The position numbers and the translations under genes were made by a program. DNA of 64,000 nucleotides, taken from NCBI GenBank assembly GCA_965220875.1, contig OZ244849.1:1815606-1879605 (forward strand). The letters run 5' to 3'. The notes under the pieces were generated by a model, which saw nothing but the letters and a program-made list of their open reading frames with translations, made no database searches and was not told the DNA's origin. This stretch comes from Gammaproteobacteria bacterium (lineage in GTDB: Bacteria; Pseudomonadota; Gammaproteobacteria; UBA4575). This document shows positions 8,622-18,394 of the stretch, one piece after another. How positions within the stretch are numbered: the stretch's first letter is position 1; the number at the start of each line of letters is the position of its first letter.

Positions 8622-10115
8622 TCATGTTGCCTTATGTGCAAGTTCATCTTTGTGAGCTTCTAGCAACTTATCCATATCAAATTCTTCTCGGCTAAACAAT
8701 CCTGCAATCACTACGATTCCTGCACTAATAGCCAATATTGAAAATGTACCTACCATCTCTCCATACAAATGTCGAAGTGGCATACCAATCACAATCGCTA
8801 AAACTATTCCTAGAACAAAACCAGCGGTATTGGTTCTTCTCCAAACAATCGCAAGTATTAGCGGCAGGAGTATGGATGTTTTCAATGCATAGGTTGTTAG
8901 AACCAGCGTAGTGAAATCGACTCCTGATAGCACAATGATACCCGAGATCACACCACCCAAGATCATTCCGAATCTTGTGATATAGAACAAGGTTTTCTCA
9001 CGCGTACCTGTTGCAAACCGTTTAACGATATCTATCGCAATAATGGAAGACAATGCAGATGCTGCTCCGTCAATTGTCGAATAGCATGCTGCTAATATCA
9101 CCAGTACATAGGTCAGAATTAGGATCAAGGGTAGACCAATATGCGACACCATATACGGTCCAACTGCAACTATATCTCCTCCCAACTCTTCAGGAGTCAG
9201 GCCAAATGCCAAGCCTGCAAGCCCTAGCATACCCAAACATATTGGGATCGGATAGAAGAGCGCACCGCCCCACAAGAATGTCCTTGTAACTTGTTCTTTA
9301 CGTACGGCCCACACCTTCTGCCAAAAGGTCTGATCTGCCACGACTGCTGCAAGCAAGCCGAATGCCAGAGTAATTCCAAAACCAGCTGCTGCATCAGCTT
9401 CGAATACTGATAAATTGGTGGGGTCTGCAGCTCTTACAGCTTCAAATACAGCAGTTGCACCACCACTTATATGTGCATAAACGGCTACAACTACAATAGC
9501 TGCGGGTGTGGTAATCATCCAGGTATTGAAAGTCCCTGTCATCACACTAGTCCATAGCCCCCCAAAGAAGACATAGGTCATAACAACTACCACTGTCAGA
9601 ATTACAACTGTTTGCCAATCTATGGGGAACACTGTTGACATCACAACAGATGTACCTTTTATATTGATAAGAGTTTCCAGGAGAATTCCGAAAATCATCG
9701 CAATTGTGACAACTATAGATGCAGCCTTCGACCCGCCGAATCTAGTGTGAGCAAATTGGCTGATGGTATAGCCTTCTGGCATCTTTCTTCTTAGAATCCT
9801 GGCCAACGGCACCATAGCCATAATTGCGAAACCATTTGGCACTACGAACCAGAAAAGTCCAGATAGCCCCCATTGATAAGTCATCGCAGAACTCATCATA
9901 ACTGCCATGGCCCATGTCCAAACCGAGATGACCGCTCCTACACCGAAGCCAAGACCAACCTTTCGGTTTGATATGATGAAATCATGCGTCGATTTGATAA
10001 GGCCGTGTTTGATTATAAATGCGAGTATGAGGAATAACAGACCAAACCCAATCATCAAGGAAAATCCCAGACCGGCAGTCAAACCCTCAGATGCAACTAA
10101 GACCGACTTATCCAT
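8622..10115 (-). CDS. sodium:solute symporter (SSS) family transporter
   Basis: 497 aa, about 13 TM segments, with a typical SSS layout. GGGAGGAGG precedes the ATG. Confidence 0.8.
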   Translation of the reverse strand: MDKSVLVASEGLTAGLGFSLMIGFGLLFLILAFIIKHGLIKSTHDFIISNRKVGLGFGVGAVISVWTWAMAVMMSSAMTYQWGLSGLFWFVVPNGFAIMAMVPLARILRRKMPEGYTISQFAHTRFGGSKAASIVVTIAMIFGILLETLINIKGTSVVMSTVFPIDWQTVVILTVVVVMTYVFFGGLWTSVMTGTFNTWMITTPAAIVVVAVYAHISGGATAVFEAVRAADPTNLSVFEADAAAGFGITLAFGLLAAVVADQTFWQKVWAVRKEQVTRTFLWGGALFYPIPICLGMLGLAGLAFGLTPEELGGDIVAVGPYMVSHIGLPLILILTYVLVILAACYSTIDGAASALSSIIAIDIVKRFATGTREKTLFYITRFGMILGGVISGIIVLSGVDFTTLVLTTYALKTSILLPLILAIVWRRTNTAGFVLGIVLAIVIGMPLRHLYGEMVGTFSILAISAGIVVIAGLFSREEFDMDKLLEAHKDELAHKAT

Positions 10116-10935
10116 AATGCCTCCTCCCGTGCAATGGTTGGCATTTTGCTAGTCAACTAGCTACGGCTAGCAACTAATTAAATTTTTATCTGTGCTTGCC
10201 CTTAGTTGATGCATTCACTTTTGGCAAGTATTCTTTTGGGTAGTCTATTCTATTATGGATATATTTTCCATTACTATTGGGTAAGTCTTCATCATTATTA
10301 CTTATCAGTTTCTATCAATTAAACTTTACTTTCTGTGACAATCGCATCGATACACACATACACACAAACTTTCAGATTAGGGTCGCTTGCAACTGATACC
10401 CTGTCCTTCGTTACAACAATACATCCATGACATTAATACCGAGTTTTATCTTATGTGATACTGCAAAATATTGCCCCGATGCTGATAGCAACACGCTGTG
10501 AAACTCTCTTCTTACGCCTGATATTGTTTACATTACCAGCTTTATTCACACCTGCGTGGCAGTGAACGTGTACATGCTCCTTATACAGTTTTCCCTGGCA
10601 GAATTGTCTAAGGCCAATCAAGACAAACAACAGTCACAAATCAAATTTGATCAACCGTATGGACAAGCAAGGCGGCAGTTAACACTCATGCACCAGGTTT
10701 TCTAGACTGTAGTCAGGTCGTACCAGTAATTACAATGCACACAGAGGATATTCTGTTGGCAGTGGCATGGCGCAGAGAACTCCAGAAGATGCCTGAAGGT
10801 ACTGAAAGCCGAAGTCAGCACGGTAGACCCAGTCCTAATGGAAGTCCATGTAGTGACTCTGAAGTGAAGAAGTATGGCGATCAGGCGTGTGATGTGGTGG
10901 AGACGTCTCAAGCGTTGGAATGCAGTTTTGCCAAG

Positions 10936-11211
10936 TTACTTATCGGCTTCTGATTGTTCAATCAATGCTAATACAGCCTTATAAACGGCCTCATTAAAGT
11001 CACTGCCTTTACAGTCAATATTCTTGTCAATTTTGCAATATACTGGTGGAAACTGTTTCGTAAATACCTGATGGTCACGCTCTTCCAGTTTATGGATCAA
11101 CTTCCACGCATCATCTCTGTTTTTGCAAAAATCAAGTGGCGTACTTAATTCCTCTTCACTAAAAAATGCTTTACAAATTTTTGAATTTATCTCCGAACAG
11201 TCGATTGACAT
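10936..11211 (-). CDS. hypothetical Cys-containing 91-aa protein
   Basis: ORF-track ORF is 10936-11232. I prefer the internal ATG at 11211 (MSIDCSEINSK...), which has GAGGGG 9 nt upstream. The segment DDAWKLIHKLEE faintly resembles phage ABA-sandwich domains. Confidence 0.4.
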   Translation of the reverse strand: MSIDCSEINSKICKAFFSEEELSTPLDFCKNRDDAWKLIHKLEERDHQVFTKQFPPVYCKIDKNIDCKGSDFNEAVYKAVLALIEQSEADK

Positions 11212-11523
11212 ACTGAAATACCCCTCAACCAATGAAACCTCAGTACAAAATTTACTTTGCCTGATAAAAACTGTTTAAAATTTCATTTAAAATTCTTATA
11301 AAACTATGATATTTTTGATGCACTTCCGAATACTGTAAGATATGATTTTTTATATAAAACATATTTTAATTATGCTCAATTTAGCGAAGACTATCAAAGA
11401 GCAGATTTTTGCTTTTTTTCTTCAAGTGAGATGTATATTGAAATTAGTTCGCCTTTCAAATTCTTTCAATTACCACCTGTAAGATACTCAGTACACATGA
11501 CAATCTAAGGCAAGGGGTTTGGT

Positions 11524-11877
11524 ATGCTACGAACAAGTTTACTAAAGTATTCTGCAGTAATTTTGCTGTTAACTACTACAATCACCGGATGCGAAGTCCT
11601 TCAGAGAACGCTTGAACAGGAAGAAATGAATGTATATTTCTATACGCCTGAAGGAGAAGAGATGTACTTGGGAGTAGTTCGAGGCATATCACTTTGCAGG
11701 TCCGCAGTATTGGACAAGGCCAAGCTACTTAACTTTGAAGGTAAAGGCGGAATGCCTGCTAACCCTAAAAAGAACGAACAAATTCTTGCCAATGAATCAA
11801 ATACAGGCGGTCCAGGCTGGAATTATCACTGCTGTTGGAAAACCGTAACAGATACTTGTAAAGAAAAATTAAAATAG
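11524..11877 (+). CDS. putative lipoprotein
   Basis: 117 aa with a signal peptide and lipobox (LLLTTTITG-C). Confidence 0.5.
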   Translation: MLRTSLLKYSAVILLLTTTITGCEVLQRTLEQEEMNVYFYTPEGEEMYLGVVRGISLCRSAVLDKAKLLNFEGKGGMPANPKKNEQILANESNTGGPGWNYHCCWKTVTDTCKEKLK

Positions 11878-12654
11878 TACGAACAAAGACTGAGCCTCTT
11901 CTAGCACCATATCGAATTTGCTCTAGGTCTCCACGGCCTTCTCTGCATACAATTGATTTGCGCAGGTAATCACAACTCGCAAATATACGTCAGCCGCCGT
12001 GAGTACTTGAAATTTCCATCTCACACGCTAGCAGTTCACTACCCTAAATCCAGTACCTTTACTTTTTCCTTGAATTCTAGTACCTGCTGAAGGTGATCCA
12101 GCCCGCTGCACCATATGCCTGCCGGACTACTAGTGGCTTACATGGACCAAATTTTCGCCTGAGCATCACATGGCTCCGAAATACCCGAACACAACTGAAA
12201 ATAGGCCCACTCCCAGACTAGCAGCAGACGCAGCCTGCTTATCCGACCTGCAGCTAACACCCGAGCAAGCTCATCTCTGCTGCAGTTCCTTTAATATTCT
12301 CTTTCTTATCGTAACTGCTTGAATTTCTTTGCATGCTTCAACTCTAGCTCACTGTAACCCTTTTTTCGATAATTAGAGTGTCGCTTACAATATCCCTATC
12401 TCCTACATAAGCAGTCTATCCATGAACTGTTTTCGCACACCTTGACGATGTCACAGCTCGCCTCCTCTATTAAATAATGCTTGGGAGCCATGCTTTCCCC
12501 TCTACAGGGACCTAGTCATGGCAGTTCGCAAATATTTGGACTAATTTTTGTGGAAACCACTAACAGCATGTCTAAATTTGATGAAGACTACTTGAATTTA
12601 TTTAAAATACCCTTATGTTAGTAGCAATCGATTAACTCAAGCGAGCAATCTGCC

Positions 12655-13326
12655 ATGGACAACCCAAGACTTCATGCATCAAGCGCACCCCGTACCAGCG
12701 CATTGTCAGCAAATAAAGTTCTTCGCAGCACATATGCGCTCTTATCAGCAACACTAATCTTCAGTGCTCTAATGGCTATGGTATCCACGATACTCAATGT
12801 TGGTCATGGAACTAGCTTAGCCTGCTCAGTTGCAGCATTGTTGTTGGTATGGTTTGTTCTACCCCGAACTGCTAACTCTGCAGCGGGAATAGGAGTGGTA
12901 TTTGCTTTTACTGGCTTGCTTGGTTTTGGACTGGGACCCATACTCAACCATTACTTAAACATGGCATATGGATCAGAAGTAATAGCAACCTCCATGGGTG
13001 GGACTGCAATTATATTCCTGGGGCTCTCAGCCTATGCATTAATTACACAGCGTGATTTCAGTTTCTTGGGCGGGTTTTTGTTTGCAGGATTGATCGTTGT
13101 ATTGCTCGCCTCTCTTGCCGGTATATTTTTGAATATGCCTGGTCTCTGGCTCGCAATTAATGCTGCTGTAATTCTTATTTTCAGTGGCTTCATCCTGTTT
13201 GACACGAGCCGGATAATAAATGGTGGTGTGACCAATTATATTATTGCAACTACTTCAATCTATTTGAGCATATACAATATCTTTATTGCCTTATTGCATT
13301 TATTAGGCTTTGCTAGCAATGACTAA
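12655..13326 (+). CDS. Bax inhibitor-1 / YccA family membrane protein
   Basis: 223 aa, 7 TM segments. The N-terminus (NKVLRSTYALLSATL) and C-terminus (FILFDTSRII.G...YI.ATTSIYLSIYNIF) are typical of the BI-1 family. Confidence 0.85.
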   Translation: MDNPRLHASSAPRTSALSANKVLRSTYALLSATLIFSALMAMVSTILNVGHGTSLACSVAALLLVWFVLPRTANSAAGIGVVFAFTGLLGFGLGPILNHYLNMAYGSEVIATSMGGTAIIFLGLSAYALITQRDFSFLGGFLFAGLIVVLLASLAGIFLNMPGLWLAINAAVILIFSGFILFDTSRIINGGVTNYIIATTSIYLSIYNIFIALLHLLGFASND

Positions 13327-13337
13327 ATTCAAGACTA

Positions 13338-13517
13338 ATGGATTGGCTAAAATTAGGATATGCCGCGCTAGTCATCGGACTGATCATTTTCATATTTCCT
13401 GCTGTCAAGTACTGGCAGAAAAATAGTCCGAAAGCCAAACTTGATGACTGGCTAGCCTTCTTGCTACCCATCGGCTTGGTGTCAATACTCGTGATTGGAT
13501 TAATTTGGCTTATATAA
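13338..13517 (+). CDS. 59-aa two-TM membrane protein, just below the ORF-track cutoff
   Basis: Own translation: MDWLKLGYAALVIGLIIFIFPAVKYWQKNSPKAKLDDWLAFLLPIGLVSILVIGLIWLI. It starts 11 nt after the BI-1 stop. Confidence 0.35.
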   Translation: MDWLKLGYAALVIGLIIFIFPAVKYWQKNSPKAKLDDWLAFLLPIGLVSILVIGLIWLI

Positions 13518-13577
13518 GCTTCAGTGCACATGAATGCAGTATGCATATCGCACTTGCCTGCTTACCATGTAATTCAA

Positions 13578-14060
13578 TTAATCCCTAAAATTTTCAAACT
13601 GCAGCGGAATATCCAGCTTAGCTTCTTTGAATATGCCGATAACCTTCTGGAGATCGTCACGTTTCTTCCCGGCAACACGCAACTTTTCACCCTGAATAGA
13701 GGCTTGGACCTTGAGCTTTGACTCTCTGACGAGTTTGGCAAGTTTTTTTGCAGTCTCCTGGTCTATGCCTTGACGAATTGCCAGAAACTGCCGCGCACGC
13801 AAGTTCGCAACCTCAACACGTTCTCGTACTAAACATTTTATATCCAGCCCTCGCTTAGACATCTTCTGAATCAGAATTTCATAGATCTGGTCGATATGGA
13901 ATTCAGATTGTGCTTCAATACGTATAGTTAAGTGCTCGTGAATGACTTTTGCATCAGTCCCCTTCAGGTCATATCGGTTAGAAATTTCACGGTTGGCCTG
14001 ATCCAGTGCATTGGCCAGTTCATGAGTATCAACTTCTGAAACCGCATCAAATGAAGGCAT
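13578..14060 (-). CDS. yajQ: YajQ family nucleotide / cyclic-di-GMP-binding protein (UPF0234)
   Basis: Start taken at MPSFDAVSEVDTHELANALDQANREISNRYDLKG, the canonical YajQ N-terminus, giving 160 aa. The longer ORF-track version overlaps the divergent DUF423 gene. Confidence 0.85.
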   Translation of the reverse strand: MPSFDAVSEVDTHELANALDQANREISNRYDLKGTDAKVIHEHLTIRIEAQSEFHIDQIYEILIQKMSKRGLDIKCLVRERVEVANLRARQFLAIRQGIDQETAKKLAKLVRESKLKVQASIQGEKLRVAGKKRDDLQKVIGIFKEAKLDIPLQFENFRD

Positions 14061-14108
14061 TTCGATGCTTATCCTGATTCCGCAAAAAGTTCGGATCATA
14101 GTGACTGC

Positions 14109-14498
14109 GTGATGATACACAGACTGGCAATCGTGCTTGGGTCCGGCAATGCTGCGTTGGCGATTCTGTTGGCTGCATATGCCACTCATTCGCTGAAGAA
14201 TTCATGGCAAGAAGCAAGGTACCTGAATTTCCAGACTGCAATTGACTACCACCTTTACCACGCATTAAGTCTGATCATAGTTGGCATGATGCTCAATCAG
14301 CGCCATGGAAGCAAGCTGCTAGAATTAGCCACTGCAGTCATGCTGGCTGGAATGGTCTTTTTCTGTGGCAGCCTTTATATGATGAGCCTAACAGGCATCG
14401 CATGGTTCGGGAATATCACTCCACTTGGTGGCATTACTCTGATCATTTCATGGTTCCTTGTAATGGCGACATATCTGCACTCAAAGCACACAGGCTAA
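14109..14498 (+). CDS. DUF423 (YgdD-like) membrane protein
   Basis: 129 aa, 4 TM segments, with ...AAYATHSL... and the GSLY motif. The start may be the ATG at 14112. Confidence 0.7.
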   Translation: MMIHRLAIVLGSGNAALAILLAAYATHSLKNSWQEARYLNFQTAIDYHLYHALSLIIVGMMLNQRHGSKLLELATAVMLAGMVFFCGSLYMMSLTGIAWFGNITPLGGITLIISWFLVMATYLHSKHTG

Positions 14499-14549
14499 GT
14501 TTAACGGTACCTGGCCATGAGCACTGCAGGATTGGTCAATCAAGGGGTT

Positions 14550-15035
14550 TCAATCAACAAATACCTTGACCTCGTCACCAGTGCCTATCTTCCCTCCTTT
14601 CAGTACCACAGCAGTAACACCACCATGATTGCATACTGCATTGTACCCTCCATACCCAAGTGTCTGCTCAAGCTTCGCACAAGGCACACAGTTTCCTGTT
14701 ACCTGAATAACTACTTCATTGATTCCAACTTTGTAGCCGCTGAGTACCGCAAGATTCAAGCCAGAAACAACTATATTCCTCCTGAGATGATGTGGGGTAA
14801 CACTTTTCCCTCCTAGAAATGATGCAATCACAGCAAAGTACTCGTGCTGCACCAAGGTTACTTGCCTGTTGCTACCTGAATTCGAACACTCCTTGTCCCC
14901 TACTATCCCTACGTCACGTACTAACTCTGCAGAGCGCACGCTCGTAATTTGCTCATCTGAAGAGCCCCGAATACCAATCCACTCAATCTTCCCATGCCTG
15001 GGGAAATATTTTTTAAACTTTGAACTTTGAGGCAT
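14550..15035 (-). CDS. MOSC domain protein
   Basis: 161 aa. The pattern NRQVTLVQHE...RRNIVVSGLNL....G....I......VTG.C.PC..L is typical of MOSC. Confidence 0.75.
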   Translation of the reverse strand: MPQSSKFKKYFPRHGKIEWIGIRGSSDEQITSVRSAELVRDVGIVGDKECSNSGSNRQVTLVQHEYFAVIASFLGGKSVTPHHLRRNIVVSGLNLAVLSGYKVGINEVVIQVTGNCVPCAKLEQTLGYGGYNAVCNHGGVTAVVLKGGKIGTGDEVKVFVD

Positions 15036-15055
15036 ATTGCCACCTCCGGGGGCAT

Positions 15056-16336
15056 CTAGCTGGGTGAAATTACATCAAGCCCAGTCATATATGATTGCAA
15101 CACGCCGGGTATGCGAATGCCCGAAGATTGATCTTGGCAGTTCTCTAAAATGGCTGCCAGTGTCCTACCCGCTGCTAGCCCTGAACCATTCAGTGTGTGC
15201 AAAAACTCTGTGTTTCCAGTCACACTGTTCTTCCAGCGAGCTTTTAGCCTCCTAGTTTGAAAATCGAGAAAATTGCTGCATGAGGAAATTTCACAATACG
15301 CATTCTTGCTTGGCAGCCATACTTCAATGTCATAAGTCTTAGCGGAAGCAAACCCTAGGTCGCCAGTACATAATGTCACCACACGATATGGCAGTTCTAA
15401 CAGTTGTAGTATTTTCTCTGCGTCATTTGTCAATGACTCCAGTGCACGCCAAGATGCTTCTGGCTTCACAAGCTGAACGAGCTCTACCTTTTCAAATTGA
15501 TGCTGGCGAATCATTCCGCGCGTATCTTTCCCGTAAGATCCTGCTTCTGATCGGAAACAAGGTGTATGGCAGACAAACTTCACTGGCAATTCTTCTTCAC
15601 TGGCAATGTAATCACGCCACAGGTTTGTGACAGGAACTTCTGCTGTGGGAATCAAGAATTGCTGGACAGAAGTGTCTAGTTTGAAAAGATCATCTCCAAA
15701 TTTTGGAAGCTGCCCCGTACATATCAAGCTCTGGTCATTGACAATATAGGGAACATAGATCTCTTTGTACCCGTGTTGGGAAATATGCGTATCCAGCATA
15801 AACTGGATCAAAGCACGGTGGAGTTTAGCAACTTGACCATGCATGGTGACAAACCGGCTGCCTGCAACCTTGGCAGCCAACTTAAAGTCCAAGCCACCTA
15901 AGCGCTCGCCTATGCTCACATGATCCAGAGCTTCAAAATCAAATTTCGGAATAGTCCCCCACCTTTTTATCTCAATGTTATCTGAATCAGTTGACCCATC
16001 CGGAACTGAGTCATGGGGAATATTAGGCAACTCCAAATTCCATGCATGAATTTCCCTCTTTAAACCCTCGAGCCTGATCTGGTTCACCTTTAGCTCATCA
16101 GTGATTTTTGTCATTTCTTCAAGCATCTCGGTAATGTCTTTTCCTGAAGATTTGGCATGGGCAATCAATTTGGAGCGCTTGTTACGCTGATTTTGCTGGT
16201 TCTCTGTTGTAGCCTGCAATTGCTTACGTAGTTGTTCCTTAGAGTGATACCAGTCCTTATCAATTTTGATACCACGACGGCCTAGCAGCATCGCAACTTC
16301 ATCAAGTTTTGTACGTAATAGCTTTGGGTCATGCAT
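15056..16336 (-). CDS. serS: seryl-tRNA synthetase
   Basis: 426 aa. N-terminal coiled coil, [12 protein letters not shown], class II motif [25 protein letters not shown], and [16 protein letters not shown]. Confidence 0.95.
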   Translation of the reverse strand: MHDPKLLRTKLDEVAMLLGRRGIKIDKDWYHSKEQLRKQLQATTENQQNQRNKRSKLIAHAKSSGKDITEMLEEMTKITDELKVNQIRLEGLKREIHAWNLELPNIPHDSVPDGSTDSDNIEIKRWGTIPKFDFEALDHVSIGERLGGLDFKLAAKVAGSRFVTMHGQVAKLHRALIQFMLDTHISQHGYKEIYVPYIVNDQSLICTGQLPKFGDDLFKLDTSVQQFLIPTAEVPVTNLWRDYIASEEELPVKFVCHTPCFRSEAGSYGKDTRGMIRQHQFEKVELVQLVKPEASWRALESLTNDAEKILQLLELPYRVVTLCTGDLGFASAKTYDIEVWLPSKNAYCEISSCSNFLDFQTRRLKARWKNSVTGNTEFLHTLNGSGLAAGRTLAAILENCQDQSSGIRIPGVLQSYMTGLDVISPS

Positions 16337-16354
16337 AACGAAATAATCCTGTCA

Positions 16355-16756
16355 TCATAGATTACGTGCCAAAGCTACACCCAAATAACACGCTGCAATA
16401 CATGTGACTACGCTTAGAAGCACATTGCTCACAGCACTCAACAAGCTGCCCTGTTGCATTAACCCCAGAGTCTCAAGTGAAAATGCAGAAAATGTAGTAA
16501 ACCCGCCAAGTAACCCAGCCATGATCATAAGCCTAACCTCTACAGATACGAAATAGCGGTCTGACAGCATAACGAAAAGGAAGCCAATCAAAAATGATCC
16601 GATTGTATTTACAATCAAAGTGCCATAAGGGAATTCATCACCCAGCCAATAAACACTCTGCGACTGTATCAGATACCTGAGGATTGAACCTAGAGCTCCT
16701 CCTGCACCGATTCCAAGCAGAGTCAGTGCAGAGCTTCCTATCCAGGCTTTTCCCAT
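16355..16756 (-). CDS. crcB: fluoride channel CrcB/FluC
   Basis: 133 aa, 4 TM segments, with GGALGSILRY and GGFTTFSAFS motifs. Confidence 0.85.
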   Translation of the reverse strand: MGKAWIGSSALTLLGIGAGGALGSILRYLIQSQSVYWLGDEFPYGTLIVNTIGSFLIGFLFVMLSDRYFVSVEVRLMIMAGLLGGFTTFSAFSLETLGLMQQGSLLSAVSNVLLSVVTCIAACYLGVALARNL

Positions 16757-16828
16757 GACTGTGATTTACGACAAGTGGTAATGATCAATGGTATATTGAC
16801 AGAATGAGGGGTTGCGAGTGGCCGCAAT

Positions 16829-16846
16829 TATATTGAAATCAATATA
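16829..16846. promoter_or_regulatory. 18-nt near-perfect palindrome in the crcB/glcD divergent region
   Basis: TATATTGA-AA-TCAATATA (8+8 matching positions). It lies about 70 nt from both start codons. Confidence 0.3.
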
Positions 16847-16914
16847 AAGATCAATTCTGTATATTCCTTGCTCCCCAGGCACTGTTTACACCTGAAAAGC
16901 AAATTCAGACTTAC

Positions 16915-18381
16915 ATGAAGACACCAGACAACTTATCAAATTTGGTAAAGCAATTTTGCCAAATTCTGCCAAAAGATTCAGTTTTGGCAAAAAAAGAACA
17001 GCTAAGTGTCTACGAATGCGATGCACTTACTGCTTACAGACAAATACCGCGAATTGCATTGCTGCCTGAAACCCAAGAGCAAATTAAGGCCATCATCAAA
17101 ATCTGCAAGAAATTACAACTCCCCGTAGTTGTCAGAGGAGCCGGTACAAGCCTTTCCGGAGGTGCACTACCTCATGCTCAAGGAGTTTTACTAAACACGG
17201 CAAAACTGAACAGAATTCTGGAAATTGATCCAAAAAACCGAACCGCTACTGTAGAGCCGGGAGTGACTAATGTGGCGATTTCCGAAGCCGTAAAACCTCT
17301 TGGGCTTTACTACGCTCCTGACCCTTCCTCACAAATTGCATGCACAATCGGGGGCAATATAGCTGAAAACTCAGGAGGTATTCACTGCCTTAAATATGGC
17401 TTGACTGTTCATAACATTTTGGCCCTGAAAATTTTGACTATTGATGGAGAAATTTTAGACTTAGGAGGAAAGCACTTTGACTCGCCTGGTTTTGATTTAC
17501 TTGCACTGATGAATGGTTCTGAGGGCATGCTGGGTGTCGTGTTACAGGCTACAGTCAGATTGCTGCCTGAACCAGACGGCCGAAAAGTCTTGCTTGCAGC
17601 GTTTGACAGGATACAAGATGCTGGTAATGCAGTGGCTGCAATTATTTCAAGCGGGATCATTCCTGCAGGACTTGAAATGATGGACAGCTTTACTGTAATG
17701 GCAACTGAGAAATACTGTAACCTTGGTTACCCAAAAGATGCTGCGGCTATTTTGATTTGCGAGCTGGATGGCTTTGAGGAGGACATCCAGAACCAGGTCC
17801 TGCACACCCAGAAAATACTTGGCAACCATAACGCAACTGAAATTCGCCTGGCAAAAAACAAGGATGAAGAAGAAAAATTCTGGAAAGGTCGCAAGTCCGC
17901 TTTTCCGGCACTGGGCAACTTGTCTCCAGACTACTATTGTATGGATGGGACCATTCCTCGCAAACATTTGGCCAATGTACTGGAGGAAATCAATTCCCTG
18001 TCTAAAAAATATGGAATGAGTGTGGCAAATGTGTTCCATGCAGGAGATGGGAACCTACATCCTCTAATCCTCTATGATGCAAACCGTGCAGGTGAATTAG
18101 AATCTGCTGAACAGCTTGGCAGCGAAATTCTCCAGCTCTGCGTCAAGATGGGTGGAAGTATCACTGGTGAGCATGGTGTAGGAGTAGAAAAGCTTGACCA
18201 GATGTGCGTGCAATTCAATTCCGCGGAACTACAAACATTTCATTCCATCAAATCAGCATTTGATGAGTACCAATTATTAAATCCTGGCAAGGCCATTCCT
18301 ACACTTCATCGATGTGCTGAGTTTGGAGCTATGCATGTACATGGTGGTGAAATCCCACATGCAGACCTGCCACGTTTTTAG
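16915..18381 (+). CDS. glcD: glycolate oxidase FAD-linked subunit
   Basis: 488 aa. FAD-binding VVVRGAGTSLSGGALP and C-terminal GEHGVGVEK. Confidence 0.9.
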   Translation: MKTPDNLSNLVKQFCQILPKDSVLAKKEQLSVYECDALTAYRQIPRIALLPETQEQIKAIIKICKKLQLPVVVRGAGTSLSGGALPHAQGVLLNTAKLNRILEIDPKNRTATVEPGVTNVAISEAVKPLGLYYAPDPSSQIACTIGGNIAENSGGIHCLKYGLTVHNILALKILTIDGEILDLGGKHFDSPGFDLLALMNGSEGMLGVVLQATVRLLPEPDGRKVLLAAFDRIQDAGNAVAAIISSGIIPAGLEMMDSFTVMATEKYCNLGYPKDAAAILICELDGFEEDIQNQVLHTQKILGNHNATEIRLAKNKDEEEKFWKGRKSAFPALGNLSPDYYCMDGTIPRKHLANVLEEINSLSKKYGMSVANVFHAGDGNLHPLILYDANRAGELESAEQLGSEILQLCVKMGGSITGEHGVGVEKLDQMCVQFNSAELQTFHSIKSAFDEYQLLNPGKAIPTLHRCAEFGAMHVHGGEIPHADLPRF

Positions 18382-18394
18382 CATCTGAGTATGT

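Noticed and set aside
10351-10372. CA-rich tract acacacatacacacaaac.
   Set aside because: It is too short and imperfect to be a meaningful microsatellite or phase-variation tract, and it is not within a gene or promoter core.
10702-10953. Overlapping 69- and 72-aa ORFs upstream of the symporter operon.
   Set aside because: Their composition is odd (Cys/His/Arg-rich), they are mutually antisense, and there are no translation signals. They are probably non-coding.
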